Of a DNA stretch of 64,000 bases, positions 41,045 to 54,500 are shown in pieces. Origin of the DNA: the human T2T-CHM13v2.0 reference genome, Homo sapiens; NCBI RefSeq assembly GCF_009914755.1, contig NC_060942.1; one strand, written 5' to 3'. How positions within the stretch are numbered: position 1 is the stretch's first letter; each line of letters starts with the position of its first letter. The notes below the pieces were generated by a model. That model saw nothing but the letters and a program-made list of their open reading frames with translations, searched no databases and was not told the DNA's origin. A program made the translations under genes and the position numbers.

Positions 41045-42040
41045 TGCTTCAGGAAAAATTCAAACTGTTTTTTCTCTGTTCTTATACCACATAACAATCA
41101 TCACAGAAGAAAACCAACACAGAAGTCTTCTGTGACCGAATGTGAGGGTTTCCCCTGCATGCCAAGCAGCAGACATCAGCTGGCTGTCTTCTAATTTAGT
41201 TTTGACACTACCTGGATATACAGTCAGATCCCACAGGTTGAGGGCTCAGTCCCCATGACTGTTCTCCCACCTTCAGACAACAGTTATAAGTTTGGGCCTT
41301 TGGAACTTCTGTACAACCGGCTTCAGGTTGGGGTTCATATGACCCCTTACTTGGGTTTGATTACTTTGCTGGAGCAACTTACAAAACTCAGGGAAACACA
41401 TTTACTAGTTTATTATAAAGGATATTACAAAGCATTCAGATAAAGATATGTGTAGGGTGTGGCATGGGGAAAAGTGTTAGGAGCTTCCAAGCCCATTTAT
41501 GGAGGCTTCATTACATAAGCATAATTAAAAACTATATAGAAATGTGACTACACAAAAAGTACATGATCTAAACCCAGCAAGGCCTGTCTGTTCAGACCTT
41601 TCTTGGTGTCTCAGGGTAGTATTCCTCCCTAGAGGGCAAGCTTGTCAAACTTATGGCCTGCAGACCGCATGCAGCACAGGATGGCTTTGAATATAGCCCA
41701 ACACAAATTTGTAGGCTTTCTGAAAACATTATGAGGTTTTGTTTTTTCACGATTTTTTTTTTTATAGTTCATCAGCTATCATTAGTGTTAGTGTATTTTA
41801 CGTGTGGCCCAAGACAATGCTTCCTCCAGTGTGGCCCGGGGAATCCAAAGATTGGACACCCCTGTTATAGGGTATGCAATGAGGGTCTTTCGACCCACAA
41901 TAGATTAGAGTCCTGCCTTGGGCAGATGAAAGAAAGAGAGGAGAAGGTCAGAGAGAGACAGAGAGACACTGTTTCATGAGACCTGCTCCTGGAGCCTAAA
42001 GTACTCCAAGGTTACATCAAATTACTGTAACAAAGGCTCT
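41045..42040 (-). mobile_element. MER21-family LTR (ERVL), interrupted by MER30
   Basis: gtcagatcccacaggttgagggctcagtccc...aaactcagggaaacacatttactagtttattataaaggata...tttatggaggcttcattacata...actgtaacaaaggct. Confidence 0.82.
41637..41864 (-). mobile_element. MER30 (hAT-Charlie)
   Basis: caagcttgtcaaac...atcagctatcattagtgttagtgtattttacgtgtggccc...aaagattggacacccctg; 8-bp TSD ctagaggg/ttataggg. Confidence 0.92.
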
Positions 42041-42669
42041 CTCTTTCTCTGTCTCTATCACACCCGCTATGACAAGAATCAGAGATATTTGAGGACTAGA
42101 GAGTGAGTGAGTTTGTTTTCTAAATAGGTTTGAGATTATGCAGTTTGAATATCAAGCATTTTCTTTTGACCCAATGAAAGTGGTTGAGACTATGGGGAGG
42201 CCCCTGTCCCTTTCCCTGTATATATGTGTATGTGTGTGTTGTAATACTTTATACTTTACCACCAGATAGAACATTTTTAAAGCTAATGCCTTATTTTTAA
42301 ACTCCTAGTTCTTTACTTGGAGCTTTACAAATAGATTTAGGTAATAGCTATTTAGTTATAAAGTTTATTTTAGGAGTGTTCTGTCAGTTGAGTGAGTTAC
42401 AAGTCCGTAGGTTAAAATCAAAACAAAGTACATTTCCAGACTCTCGGGCACTGGCCATAGGACTCTGAGTGGTTGTGCTGGTTTTCAAATGAAGGTCCGG
42501 AGAGTGATTAAGTAGCCATTAACTATGTGACCTGATGTACCCTGAAAGTACACGTAAACCTCCCTATTGTGCAGAAAAGCAAAATATATACTACACAGAT
42601 AGAGGAATAAAATATTTAAGAATAACATCTTGTTTAAGCTTGTAAGTAGCAGGACCCATGTTTACCATC

Positions 42670-43133
42670 TGTTGTGGGTTGAAGAGTGTCCTGGAAAATT
42701 CATGTCCACCTAAAATCTCATATTATGACATTAATTGGAAATAAGATATTTGCAGATGTAATTAGTTAAGATGAGGTCATACTGGATTGGAGCGGGCCCT
42801 AAATCCAATGTTATTAGTGTCCTTATAAGAAGACTTTTAAGTGTCTCTTTAGATGGAGACACACAGAAAGGAGAACACCATGTGAATATGGAGACAGAAA
42901 TTAGAGTGATGCCTCTACAAGCCAAGGAGTGCCAGGGAGTGCCAGCGACCACCAGAAGGTGGGGGAGAGTCATGGGATGGATTCTCCCTTTGAGACCCAA
43001 GAAGGAATACATTCTGATGACACTTTGGATTCAAACTTCTAGCCTCCAGAAATGTGAAAGAATAAATTTATATTGTTTTAATCAAGCCCCAGTTAGTGCT
43101 AATTTGTTACAGCATTCCTAGGAAATGAATGCA
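42670..43133 (+). mobile_element. MLT1C solo LTR
   Basis: tgttgtgggttgaa...ttcatgtccacc...tgcagatgtaattagttaagatgaggtcatactggatt...ctacaagccaagga...ctaggaaatgaatgca. Confidence 0.9.
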
Positions 43134-44186
43134 GTATTTCTTAGCTGGTCACCATTGAGCACTGGCAATAGTTTAGGGCCATATATAATTAAATTTGTCT
43201 TTGACTCCTTGTCTAAACAGGATATGTTTCATGAAGACAGTGGCTGATTTTACACTCTTTGGTCTATTTCGTATAGAGAAATGTATAGTGTCTAGTTAGG
43301 ATTTAAAATACAAGTAAACAAAAGAAAACAAAATTCTAAATGATGGACTGATTCATTAATTAAACTGTGGAGCTGAACAGTAAGGACATATATGTATGAT
43401 AAAATCAAAACGATTCTACTAGGACTATGATCTACTTTATAAAAATGTTATGCAAGAGTATCATTTAGCTGCATGGATGGGTGGATTTCAGAACATTTTA
43501 TAAAATGCACGCTAGAGAGCTTGATCATACATAAAATCCTAAAAGGTTAGTAACTCCTTCTAGTTTATTATTGTTATTATATGTCTCTTTTCCTGTCATG
43601 ATTAGCATGGAAAGTCTCAAAATGTAAGGCATCTATATGCTTATTTGAAGTAGAGTAGGGCAAGGGAGCAGGAGGGAAGCAGGTAGGGAGAGAGACTACT
43701 GTCTACCTCTGAGTTATTCGAGGAGAAGGAGCTCAAGAGGGTGACTATTTGCAGTCACCAAGACAGGACAGCCAAAGTCTCTGCAGCTCATGGTACAGAA
43801 AGAAGAGGCGTGTGTATGTGTGTTTGTGTGTATGTGTTGTGGGCCTCACAGAATACCCAATGTCTTAATATTAACTTCCATTAGCTTTCTCTCATATCCA
43901 AGGGACAAGATGGCATATTGCTAACCTAGCAGAAATGAGCTATTTCTCAACTGCTCTCTTCACTTTCTTTCCTATTGCAATCCTATTTCCAAAATGTATA
44001 CTATTTTTTCTATTTATTTGTTCTGTCCAGCATTGTCTTGACTCCAGGTATGTTCATGAATCTTATCCTTGACCAAATAAATACATACAGATAGACCAGA
44101 CTGCCCAGAACACAGACTATGTCAATTGCTAAATTAAGAAGGAAAAATCAAGACTTCATTGATGTATACACAGAGAGCTTACCCTG

Positions 44187-44187
<1 letters not shown>

Positions 44188-44230
<43 letters not shown>
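44188..44230 (+). repeat. Perfect (TG)~21 microsatellite
   Basis: Uninterrupted TG run. Confidence 0.98.
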
Positions 44231-44231
<1 letters not shown>

Positions 44232-44849
44232 GACAGAGAGAGCCAAAGGGAAGAGAAAGAGAGAGAGAGAAGGCCCAGAGGCTGGGGAAAGTTAATAAAG
44301 GTGTAGAATGTATAGAATGAGCCATTCATGCTCAGAGCCAAACAATGGATTTAAACTGCTCAAGAATCATTATTTACTAGGTATCTTTATAATTTCCTTC
44401 CTTTAAAATGGTCTACTGATTTTATAAAATTTCTTATCCCTACAAAAAAACAAAAGACAAAACTTAATCATAGACTGCCTTGAGTTTTTTGGCAAAAATA
44501 ATTTTAAAGGCATAACAAAAATATCTAACTATTCCAGAAAAATCATGAAAGCTCACCACACAACAGAAAATTTGCCTGTGAAAACAATGTTCTTCTCTCC
44601 TCTTGTTACGCAGAGTCCTGCAGTCAGCTTCCCAGCTGTAATTCTCCCCGACACCGGGGATATTAAGAATGTGAAGAAAATGCTTGAGTAGATTATAAAT
44701 AATAGTGTGAGACACAGTGAATTATATTTTCTAATAATTGGCATTACATTATAAGACTGAGGGGGAAAAAGGATGAAAGCAAAGAGAACGTGAATGCAGG
44801 CAATCACGGATTTTTTTTCTCTGTTCTTGGGAGTGTGCGTAGGAGCAAG

Positions 44850-45000
44850 TGAGGAAACTAAAGAAATAAAGAAAATGAAAGTAGAAGCAGAGACAGAGAA
44901 AGAGAAGGGGGAAAGGGAGCATGGAAAGGAAAGTGGGAGGACAGGGAAAGATGATAGGGAGAGAGGAAAAAGAGAAAGAAAGAAGTAAGGAAGGAAAAAT
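44850..45000 (+). repeat. Purine-rich (GA) low-complexity tract
   Basis: Mostly G and A; accounts for much of the 212-aa minus-strand ORF. Confidence 0.8.
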
Positions 45001-46538
45001 GCTCCGTTTTTGACCGGCACTGATGCCACATCACATAGCTGAGTAAAATGGAGTAAAGGACAGAGACACACAGCTGGACCTGTAGAGATAAGGGTGTGTC
45101 TGTAACCCAGAGGAAGCAATTCCAGTTTCCATAGGGTGAGCAATTGCAACGTTACTTTCCCTTGAAAATATAGAGGAAGAAAAACATACATGTTTGTTTA
45201 TTGTATATTCACCATCTTTATGTCTGCTCATTTCATACAAAAGTACTCTAATGCAAACTCATAGGACCAGTATTATGAAGACAGAGACAGATCTAATTCT
45301 GCCCTTAATTAGTTTGTAACATTATTGCCCTAACTTCTCTGAAGCAGTTTTACCTTTCTGCCTACTTCACATAATTCTGGGGAGTATCTAACAAGATAAA
45401 ACCTGGGAAAGCATTTTTTTAAAAATGTAAAACACTATTCCTCTTGGGATTTCAACACATCTTGAGAGATAGCTGCTTGGGAAGATACTCCTCTCTTAAC
45501 AAAAGAGAAAAAGACATTTTTTTTTTTTTTATGGAGGCATTGTGAAGTGAAGTGTTAAGGCAGGAACATAAAAAATTTAAGGCCTGAAAACAGTACAAAG
45601 GAGGAAAATGGTGTTTTTTGTGAGCAGCAATTGGGAATTATTTATCTAGATTGTTTGTCTACATAGTTAAACTTGACTAAACAAGGGCTCTGCTCATTGC
45701 AGTTTACCTTGATCCTGTCAAGATTTGAGGAACAGGGTGGATCCCTAATAGTGTCCAATACGTAAAAACATTTACTCCAGTTGACTACTGGGGTTAAATA
45801 AATCAGAGAGAAAGAAGAAAAGGAAAATGAAGGAATCAAAAAGGAGGGATTGAGGAGAAAAAGAAAAGACCAGATGGGAGGAAAAAAAATAGGAGAGCAG
45901 GAAGAAATGTAAGGAGAGGCAGAGGCTAAGAATGAGTGGGAAGATGAGGTGGTGCCAGAATAATGACAGATAACATAAAATGAGAGGAAAAATTAGAGCT
46001 CGGTTCAGCCATCTCATACGAACATGTTCTCAGAATATCTGCTCACCAAAGCTGACTAATGTTCAAGTTCTCCTCTAACAGAAACTACTGTTCAATATGA
46101 GCTTCCTCTTTAAGTTTCCAGTATTCCATGCTATCATTGAAAAGTCATGATAGGTCCTTAGCCTGAAGGAACACAGGTATGAGTAGAGATCTCTCTCTGT
46201 ACTTTGTCAAAATCATTCCTTTGTGGTCGCAACAGCGTGTAATGCAACAGGACTATGATTTAGAGTAATGCAGAATGCTTATTCAGCCCTGAATTCCAAC
46301 CTGATCCTTTGTTCTAATTTCTTCTATTTCTGGGCCAGTAGGCCTATGGCTATATAAATGGTAGATTTCCCAAAATGTATAAGAAGCAGTCAAGTGTTAT
46401 GAATGATTATGAATTCCGTTCAGTAACCTAGTCATGAATTTATAACTTTTATTGAATTGTCTCCACACTTCTCACTTCCTCTGCCATATCTACAAACATA
46501 CACGCACCATGCTTGCTTTCTTTTTAATCCTAAAGTCA

Positions 46539-47460
<922 letters not shown>

Positions 47461-49612
47461 ATATCTACCATAGAATATACATATATGTAATATATGTATA
47501 TTTATTCTATGGTAGTATTTTACACACACATGCGCACACATACATTGTTTTCATTGATGCTTTGAGTAAACTTAACTGGTAGTTAGAAAAAAACATGGAG
47601 TCAAAGGCAGAATGAAGATAAGATACTCTTGAACTGAAATATAAATGGGAAAGATTTAGGGCAATGGGAGAGAGGCAAATTTTTGATTGAGTAATTCCTT
47701 AGAGGAAATCTGTCATAATGAGACTGAGCACAGAGATAGAGCAATTGATACTGAAGAAATGGAATAATATTTTATCTTCTGCAATGAAAAGAAAGAAGGC
47801 TAAACATTACCACCGAGCTATATTCACAGTTGTGGAGGCAAGAAGTTGATGCATTTTTTTTCAATAATCAACTGAATTTTTCTGTTAAAATGTAAAGTAA
47901 AATTTTTGCTGGAAGGGATTGAGGTCAGCTTTGGAGGTTCATGAACTGCTACTGGTGATTTTTCAGAAACATTATAGTACTAGTGATTTTTTTTCAAGAA
48001 AATTCAGAAAGAAATGAGAGAGATTGATCACAAAAATTGGAAGAATGGAGCCAAAGTTGTTGTTAGGGACCATTGCTTGTTGGGGGCCCTAAAGGTTACA
48101 GTTGTGGGATTTCTTAAAAGCCATACAGTAGCCTGAGTGGAGGAGCTGAGAAGATGAATTCTATGTCTGAATTAGCTTGGAGGTTTCGTTTTACCTTGAT
48201 GGGAAGGTACAAACAGACAGCAAGACTTATCAGTCCAGCTTGTTTAAATCTTATGGATCTTGGGCTGCGATTGATAAGCTGAGACTAGATCTTTAGAAGT
48301 CACTAAATTCATTTACCTATTTATAAAGAAAATTAAGAACTCTCTCATACATGAAACTTTGTAGTCTTTTCTCTCAATAAATATCTCTCAGATTGCAAAC
48401 AGATCAGCATTTTTAAGGAAGGGAAATATTATGCAAAATGTTATTACACAAAACAAATGAAAGTGAAGCTACTTTAAATAAAGAAGAAGAGTCACAATAC
48501 CCTCACTCCACCTGATGGCCATTTACATTTCTTCTCTTTCCCTCTGTATCGGCCCTCAGCCACTTCCATTGTACACTAGTGCTCTAATAATCACAGTTTT
48601 AAATGAAACTAAGCTAAAGAATAAACTTAAATTTAGTTATTAGGTTACCAGCACAATTTAAGATAATTTGTAATAAGATCAGCCTTATCACTAGAATTGG
48701 TGATTGCTTATGTGTTATCAGTCAGGAACCACTATCATCACTCCACATGCTATTCCATCATTCAACGTTATTTCTAACCTAGGAATGGCAGTCCCCATGG
48801 ATCTTCACTGGTTGCTAAGGTTTAGCAGATGAGACAATCCGTATTTCAATTTGTCTGAATATTGTCCAGAGTGAACTCAGTATGAACAATCTATGTGCAT
48901 CACCCTAGCTTCATCTGCCGTCAATCTCCTAAGGAGCTTGACCTAGACTTCAAATAAATACATTGCATCTATGTGCACCTATAGTATTATTCTCATCTGG
49001 CATATTCTACATCAGAAAATACACATACCAATGCCCCCTTCTTTAATCTAGTCTTCAATAAAAGACTGAAATTCCGAGGCTGCTTCATGAAAAACCTGAA
49101 GAAGGAGAGAAGGGGTTCTTGCCTGATATCCTGGAAATAGAGCATATAACACGAAACGTTATTCTTTTTCCCTAAGGACAAAAGGAAGGAATATCTTTTG
49201 CAAGTTCTGCCAATCAACAGTCAACTAGATAAAGGAAGCAGTGATGGTGCAACACTAGAGGTGGGCAGCTAACGAAAGCCAAGCCTTCTCTGCTGATTGC
49301 AGAGACTTCAGTGGTATGGACTTAAATGCTACCAGTCTCAGGGACACCTGTATCCAGAGAGAGGCTGTGGTTGTGGAGAACAGAGTTTCATGAAGTGTGG
49401 TGATCAGGCTTAACTTGACAATAGTTTTTTTTCTAGTCAATAAAATCCACCAGTATTCCCAGACGGAAGGAATTTGGAGTGGGGCCACTCCTTCATGGTT
49501 CTGACAGGGGGTGACAGCTACCTTTCTCTAGTGATAATTTGAAAAAAAATCTGTCAGTGGTTTTCCTTTCTGTCCCAAATTCCATAAACAGCGATTGAAA
49601 CTATTTGTGTTA

Positions 49613-49924
49613 CAGTTATGTGTGTTGCCTAATGACAGGAACAAGTTCTGAGAAATGCCGCAGGTGATTTTTGTCATTGTGCCAACCTTAGAGAGTATAC
49701 CTAAGCAAATCTCAATGGCATACCCTATTGCACACCTAGGCTGTACGGTATAGCCTAGGCTACAAAACCTGCTCAGCATATTACTGTGCTGAATAATGTA
49801 GGGAATTGTAACACAGTGGTAAGTATTTGTGTATCTAAAACATGGAAAAGTTACAGTAACAATATGGTATTATAATCATATGGGACCACCAGCATATATG
49901 TTGCTATGCGGTGGCACATGACTA
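49613..49924 (+). mobile_element. Tigger3a (MER7A; TcMar-Tigger MITE)
   Basis: TA|cagttatgtgtgttgcctaatgacagg...gttctgagaaatg...cacacctaggctgtacggtatagcct...tatgggaccacc...gcacatgact. Confidence 0.9.
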
Positions 49925-51374
49925 CATTGTTCCCTGGCTTTTAGTTCTTTTGTAGCTTTGTATTGGGGTCAATTTCCCCATCTGCTTCATCTCAGTCTCT
50001 GGAATTGATCCAGTTTTTGGGTTGAGGGAATACAGAAAGCCTAAAGTCAGTAGCTTAAGATCTTGGATGTTCACAACCAAGTACATCACAGTAATAATCC
50101 ATTCTGCCTGTAAAAATGAAATTCTCATAAGACTATGCCCTAGTTTCACTATGAAAATCTCTTGTTTACTTTCTTAGAGAAGAATCCTGTTTGTGAACCA
50201 CAAACTTCCTAACTGGGACAGGTTATTTGAAACTGACTTTTCCTACGTGTAATTGCTAGTCTGCTTAGGAATTCTCCTATTGTCTATTGCCTGTATTCAT
50301 TCATTTTTAATTCAAGAAGATCTATTAGGCTTATACTATTTGCCAGAGACTCTGTTAGGGCTGGGACAAGATATGAGCAAAACAGAAATGGGACAGTTTC
50401 TGCTCCACCTTCTCATAGAGCCTCTTCCTTCTCTCCTGACCCTTTTTGGCTCTCCACACCACTGTCACTTGTAAGCCAGACTGTTTTTGGAAGGTCAGCT
50501 GGGATGCCTCTGAAGACAAACTTCCCTGGAGTCTCTGACCCAATTTCACACAACACTGCCCTCAACCTATTGGATTATAAAAAGAACGTAGTCTCACCTA
50601 TGCTCTTGCTGGTCTTGCTGCATCCTCACTGATTTTTTCAGCCCACAGCGTCATTTCCTCTACTGCTTCTTGCCTATACATAGTTTGTTTTTGTTTTCAA
50701 TCCCGACAAAGCTACTGTCAAACCACTGCCTTATTCAAAACAAATCATTTGTGAGGAAGCTGATGCTAAAGCGGTGTTCTATCATTTTCCTTACAGATTC
50801 TGGCATTTAACAGAGAGGGTAAAAATAAAAACTTTGTTACTAGGCAGTAAAACTCTCCACAACTGAATATTCACGTTGTTCATGGATCAGCAAACACCCT
50901 AGTTTGTCTGTAATTGAAAAAAACATTTGGCACATTTCTATTAAAAAACCTTCTCCTTCATGAATGTTTAAACAAATTAACTCGAACAAGAAGCAGTGAT
51001 ATGCATATCAAAAACAATTCTTAAACCTGAAGTCAACTAAAGCATGGGGAAATCAGTGTGCTGGCAGGTACTCTTTCTGCATTTCACACTAACGATTTCC
51101 ATTTCACCATTTTCCTCCTTTCAAGCATTTTTGCTTTTATCTTGGATGCTTTTTAGAGCTCTGGTCATTGCAAAAACATTCTTGGTTTCCTAAAACGAGG
51201 GGTGACTTTGCATAACCATAGTAAGTTTGAACTGGGCCATTCTGTTGGACTAATGAGCCTAGGGTTCTCTCACTGGTAATAAATGATGTTCCATAAATGC
51301 CTGTTAAGGGATTAAACTGAAGCGTACATCCAGTGGGATGAGTTCACTTTCATAACTACAGTGTTACTCATTCT

Positions 51375-51515
51375 GGTCTGTGGACAGAAAGATTCTAGTG
51401 TCATTTCTGCCTCCAACTAGGTCTGTGGCTTTGTGTAAGTTGCCTTGCTTCTCACAGCCTTAGTTTCCTCATCTGTAAGTGGGTAGAATGGCCTCTAAAT
51501 CCAGTGATCCTAAGA
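51375..51515 (+). mobile_element. MIR
   Basis: ctgcctccaactaggtctgtggctttgtgtaagtt...gccttagtttcctcatctgtaag. Confidence 0.75.
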
Positions 51516-54500
51516 AGTAGCTGAGTCTTTTTTTTTTCATCTCCACTAGCTAAACTGGCATATGTGGACACAGTCTAAAAGACTTTGCGGTCATATACAT
51601 CAATGTAAGACATGAGTACAAGGTATAGAATTTCCTCAGAAACTGAACAAACAGAGAAAATCTATGTATTCTCAGGTCCAGGGCAAACACATCCTCTGGG
51701 ACCACAGTTAGCATCTTTCCATTCATATTTTCTTTACAAAACAGGAAAGATTGCGACAAACTTTCATTCCTACAATCCCCTGAGAATTGGATGCTGGAGC
51801 AAGCACTTTCCACACTGTAGCCTGGGTCTCATTAGTGTGGGACCTCCATACTCAGAGGGGTCTTCTTTCCAGGAAAGGTATTCTGAGGTCACCAGGCTTT
51901 AATGTGGCTCCTTAAACCCAGCTGAAATAAAGGAAAAGAAAAGAAATTAAGGAGCAGAGGAGGAAAGGAAAGAAACAAAGTAAGAAGAACTAACAGAGAG
52001 AGAGAGAGAGACTGAGACAGGGACACACACACAGAGAAAGAGAAATAAAAAAGATCAAAAACAAAAGGCTTTTGACTTTTGAGCCTTTGGAAAAGTGTAT
52101 GAGCTAACAGTTTATACAATCACACAATAAAACAATGATCCCCACCCCAACAAATAAACAATTTTTGATACTCTCTAACTTTATTTCTCTATTTCATCCT
52201 TTTGTCCTGATTTACTATTAGTCATGACTTTAATTTTGTTATAAACGAAAATTACTCTTCCCTAATACTTTTTGAGTACCTTCTTACTTAAAGGGGAGTG
52301 ATTTGTGACTTATTTTGATCTACAAAATAGTCCTTAGGGATGACTGAGTCTGACTTACAATGGACAGAGGAGGAAAGCAACACAGTAGGTGTCTGTGAGA
52401 GACAGAACTCATATCTCCTCTCTTCCCTACATACACCACTTCCCCACCCCTCAACAATGGCCCATGGTCTCATTTTGTCATACTTGCTGTTTTTCCATAA
52501 ATTGTAGAGAAAAATCAAGTCATAGGGTATGTTCAGAGGGGAAGAATGTGTTCAAAGTGAACATAGGAACTAATCAGTCCTACATTAGCTTTGAGCCAGA
52601 GGAGAAGAGTGAGAGTCATATTGAAAAGTTATAGCAGAGGCAAAAGAATGGAGAAAGTATGGGACATAGATATTTGAAATACATAGGAAATGATCTATAG
52701 TTTTTTTTTTTTTTAAAGTATCACAAACTCAATGCCTTTAAGGTCAGCTGACCATAGCATCTTTTGTATTAATGCAGAAATTTTTGGATGAAGGTTTTTT
52801 GTCTCTGTAAAATTTCACTTCTACTTTGAGCTTTCCTTCTCTCTCTCTTTTGTCCCTTCCTTCCTCCCTCCCTCACTTCTTCCCTCCCCCAACCATTCCC
52901 TATATTACACAACTTCAGAAAGAACAATTAACCTAACGAATCTGATATCATTAAAATATGATGAAGTAGGGCAAATTCTCCCTATTAACTTAAAAATTTA
53001 TAGAAATTGATTATTTTTTTCTCTTTATTTTTGTTTGATTACTTGCCTCTCAGATATATGTATAAATTATATCTCCAGAATCCACCACCAAGTGGAAATA
53101 TGCACTTCAGGTAAATAGAAGAAAAAAATGGACATAAAAAATAGTCTTTCTGCCCATCAAACCTTTTATTTCCGAGCAGAAATAATTACAGCAATGGTCA
53201 GTGGGGAGATTTGAGCAATTTACAGAGGTATAACAGTGGTTCCTATCAACACAGTTTTATATTCAGGGCAAGGCATAGAACTCAAGGTCCTGAAGCTTTG
53301 CCTATAATCTTTATTTCATTTTTTAGATGTTATGCTGTAATAAAATGTAAAAAGGGAATACATAAAAAGTTATAGAGGTGGGAAAAAACATGGTTTGAAG
53401 TTGTATGGCATTTCTTGACAGGGCATGTTCCTAAGGATATGCAGAGAATAACAAATGCCATTTGAAATAAGTACACTAGAGATCTAAAACTGGATTGAAA
53501 GCCCAAGTCAATTTTCCTGAGTGTCATTTGATTAGCTTTCTCATATAGAATGGTGGTTTAAACAATGCTGGGATTCTGAGTGCAGAAGTGCTTGGGAACA
53601 CAGTAAGAAATGGGTTCCTCCCACCAATTTCATTCCTGTGGCTTTACAACATTATCTTTTCACATTCTTCCTGTGTTTTTGCAATAATCCATAAATGAAG
53701 CAACGTCAAAGAAAATGTGATTGATTGTAGTGAAACACACATGCACACTCACGTGCAGTAGGCTATTTTTCTATTCCCTTTCCAATTTGTCCCACGGTTG
53801 CTCCAGGCAAACACCTGTATCCTATTGCCAGTTTTTGGTAGGAAAATAGAAACAAACTTCTCAGGCTTGAGGGGAAACTGCACAGGTAACAAACAATTCA
53901 ATTGTGTCTAGTGGCTATTTTCATATAGAGAGAAATTTCTCCCACTTTTGCCATGATGTTTATTCTGGTTTCTTGAGACAGATTAGAAAGCAGGCCTCAA
54001 TGCATCTAAAAATTATATTTGGAAGAGATTGGGAATCATTTCGCATCCTTTTCCATTCCCTTTGTTTTATCCATACAGAGCAGAACAGAAAATTTGTGTA
54101 CTATAATGATCACGCCAACTTGTAATTTAGGTGTAAATTGTTGATTTCATCACTAATTGACTAGGTTCTACCATCTATAGTGTATGTTCTTTCATTTATC
54201 AGCATTTGATTTATTTGTTTCAGACTCTAGAAATCCGATTCTGAAGTCTAACATAATCCTTTTAGATTGCCGTTGGTTTCCTAACCTCACAGAAGGCACA
54301 GGTTGATGGTGTGTCCAACTCAACACTTAAGTTCTGACAGTCTAGGGGTATGAAACATAGACCAACTTCAACGGTTCAATGAACAAAATCCTATCTACTT
54401 GTTAGTCTTCTATAAGACATTTCAGCTGCTAAGCTGACAGTAGTGGTCGAGATATTAAGTTGGACAAGATACTTTCTGAAGTGTCTAGTTTCAGACCAAT

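Noticed and set aside
44553-45191. Longest ORF (212 aa, minus strand)
   Set aside because: Its F/L/S-rich content is the complement of a GA-rich low-complexity tract; no domain or exon structure
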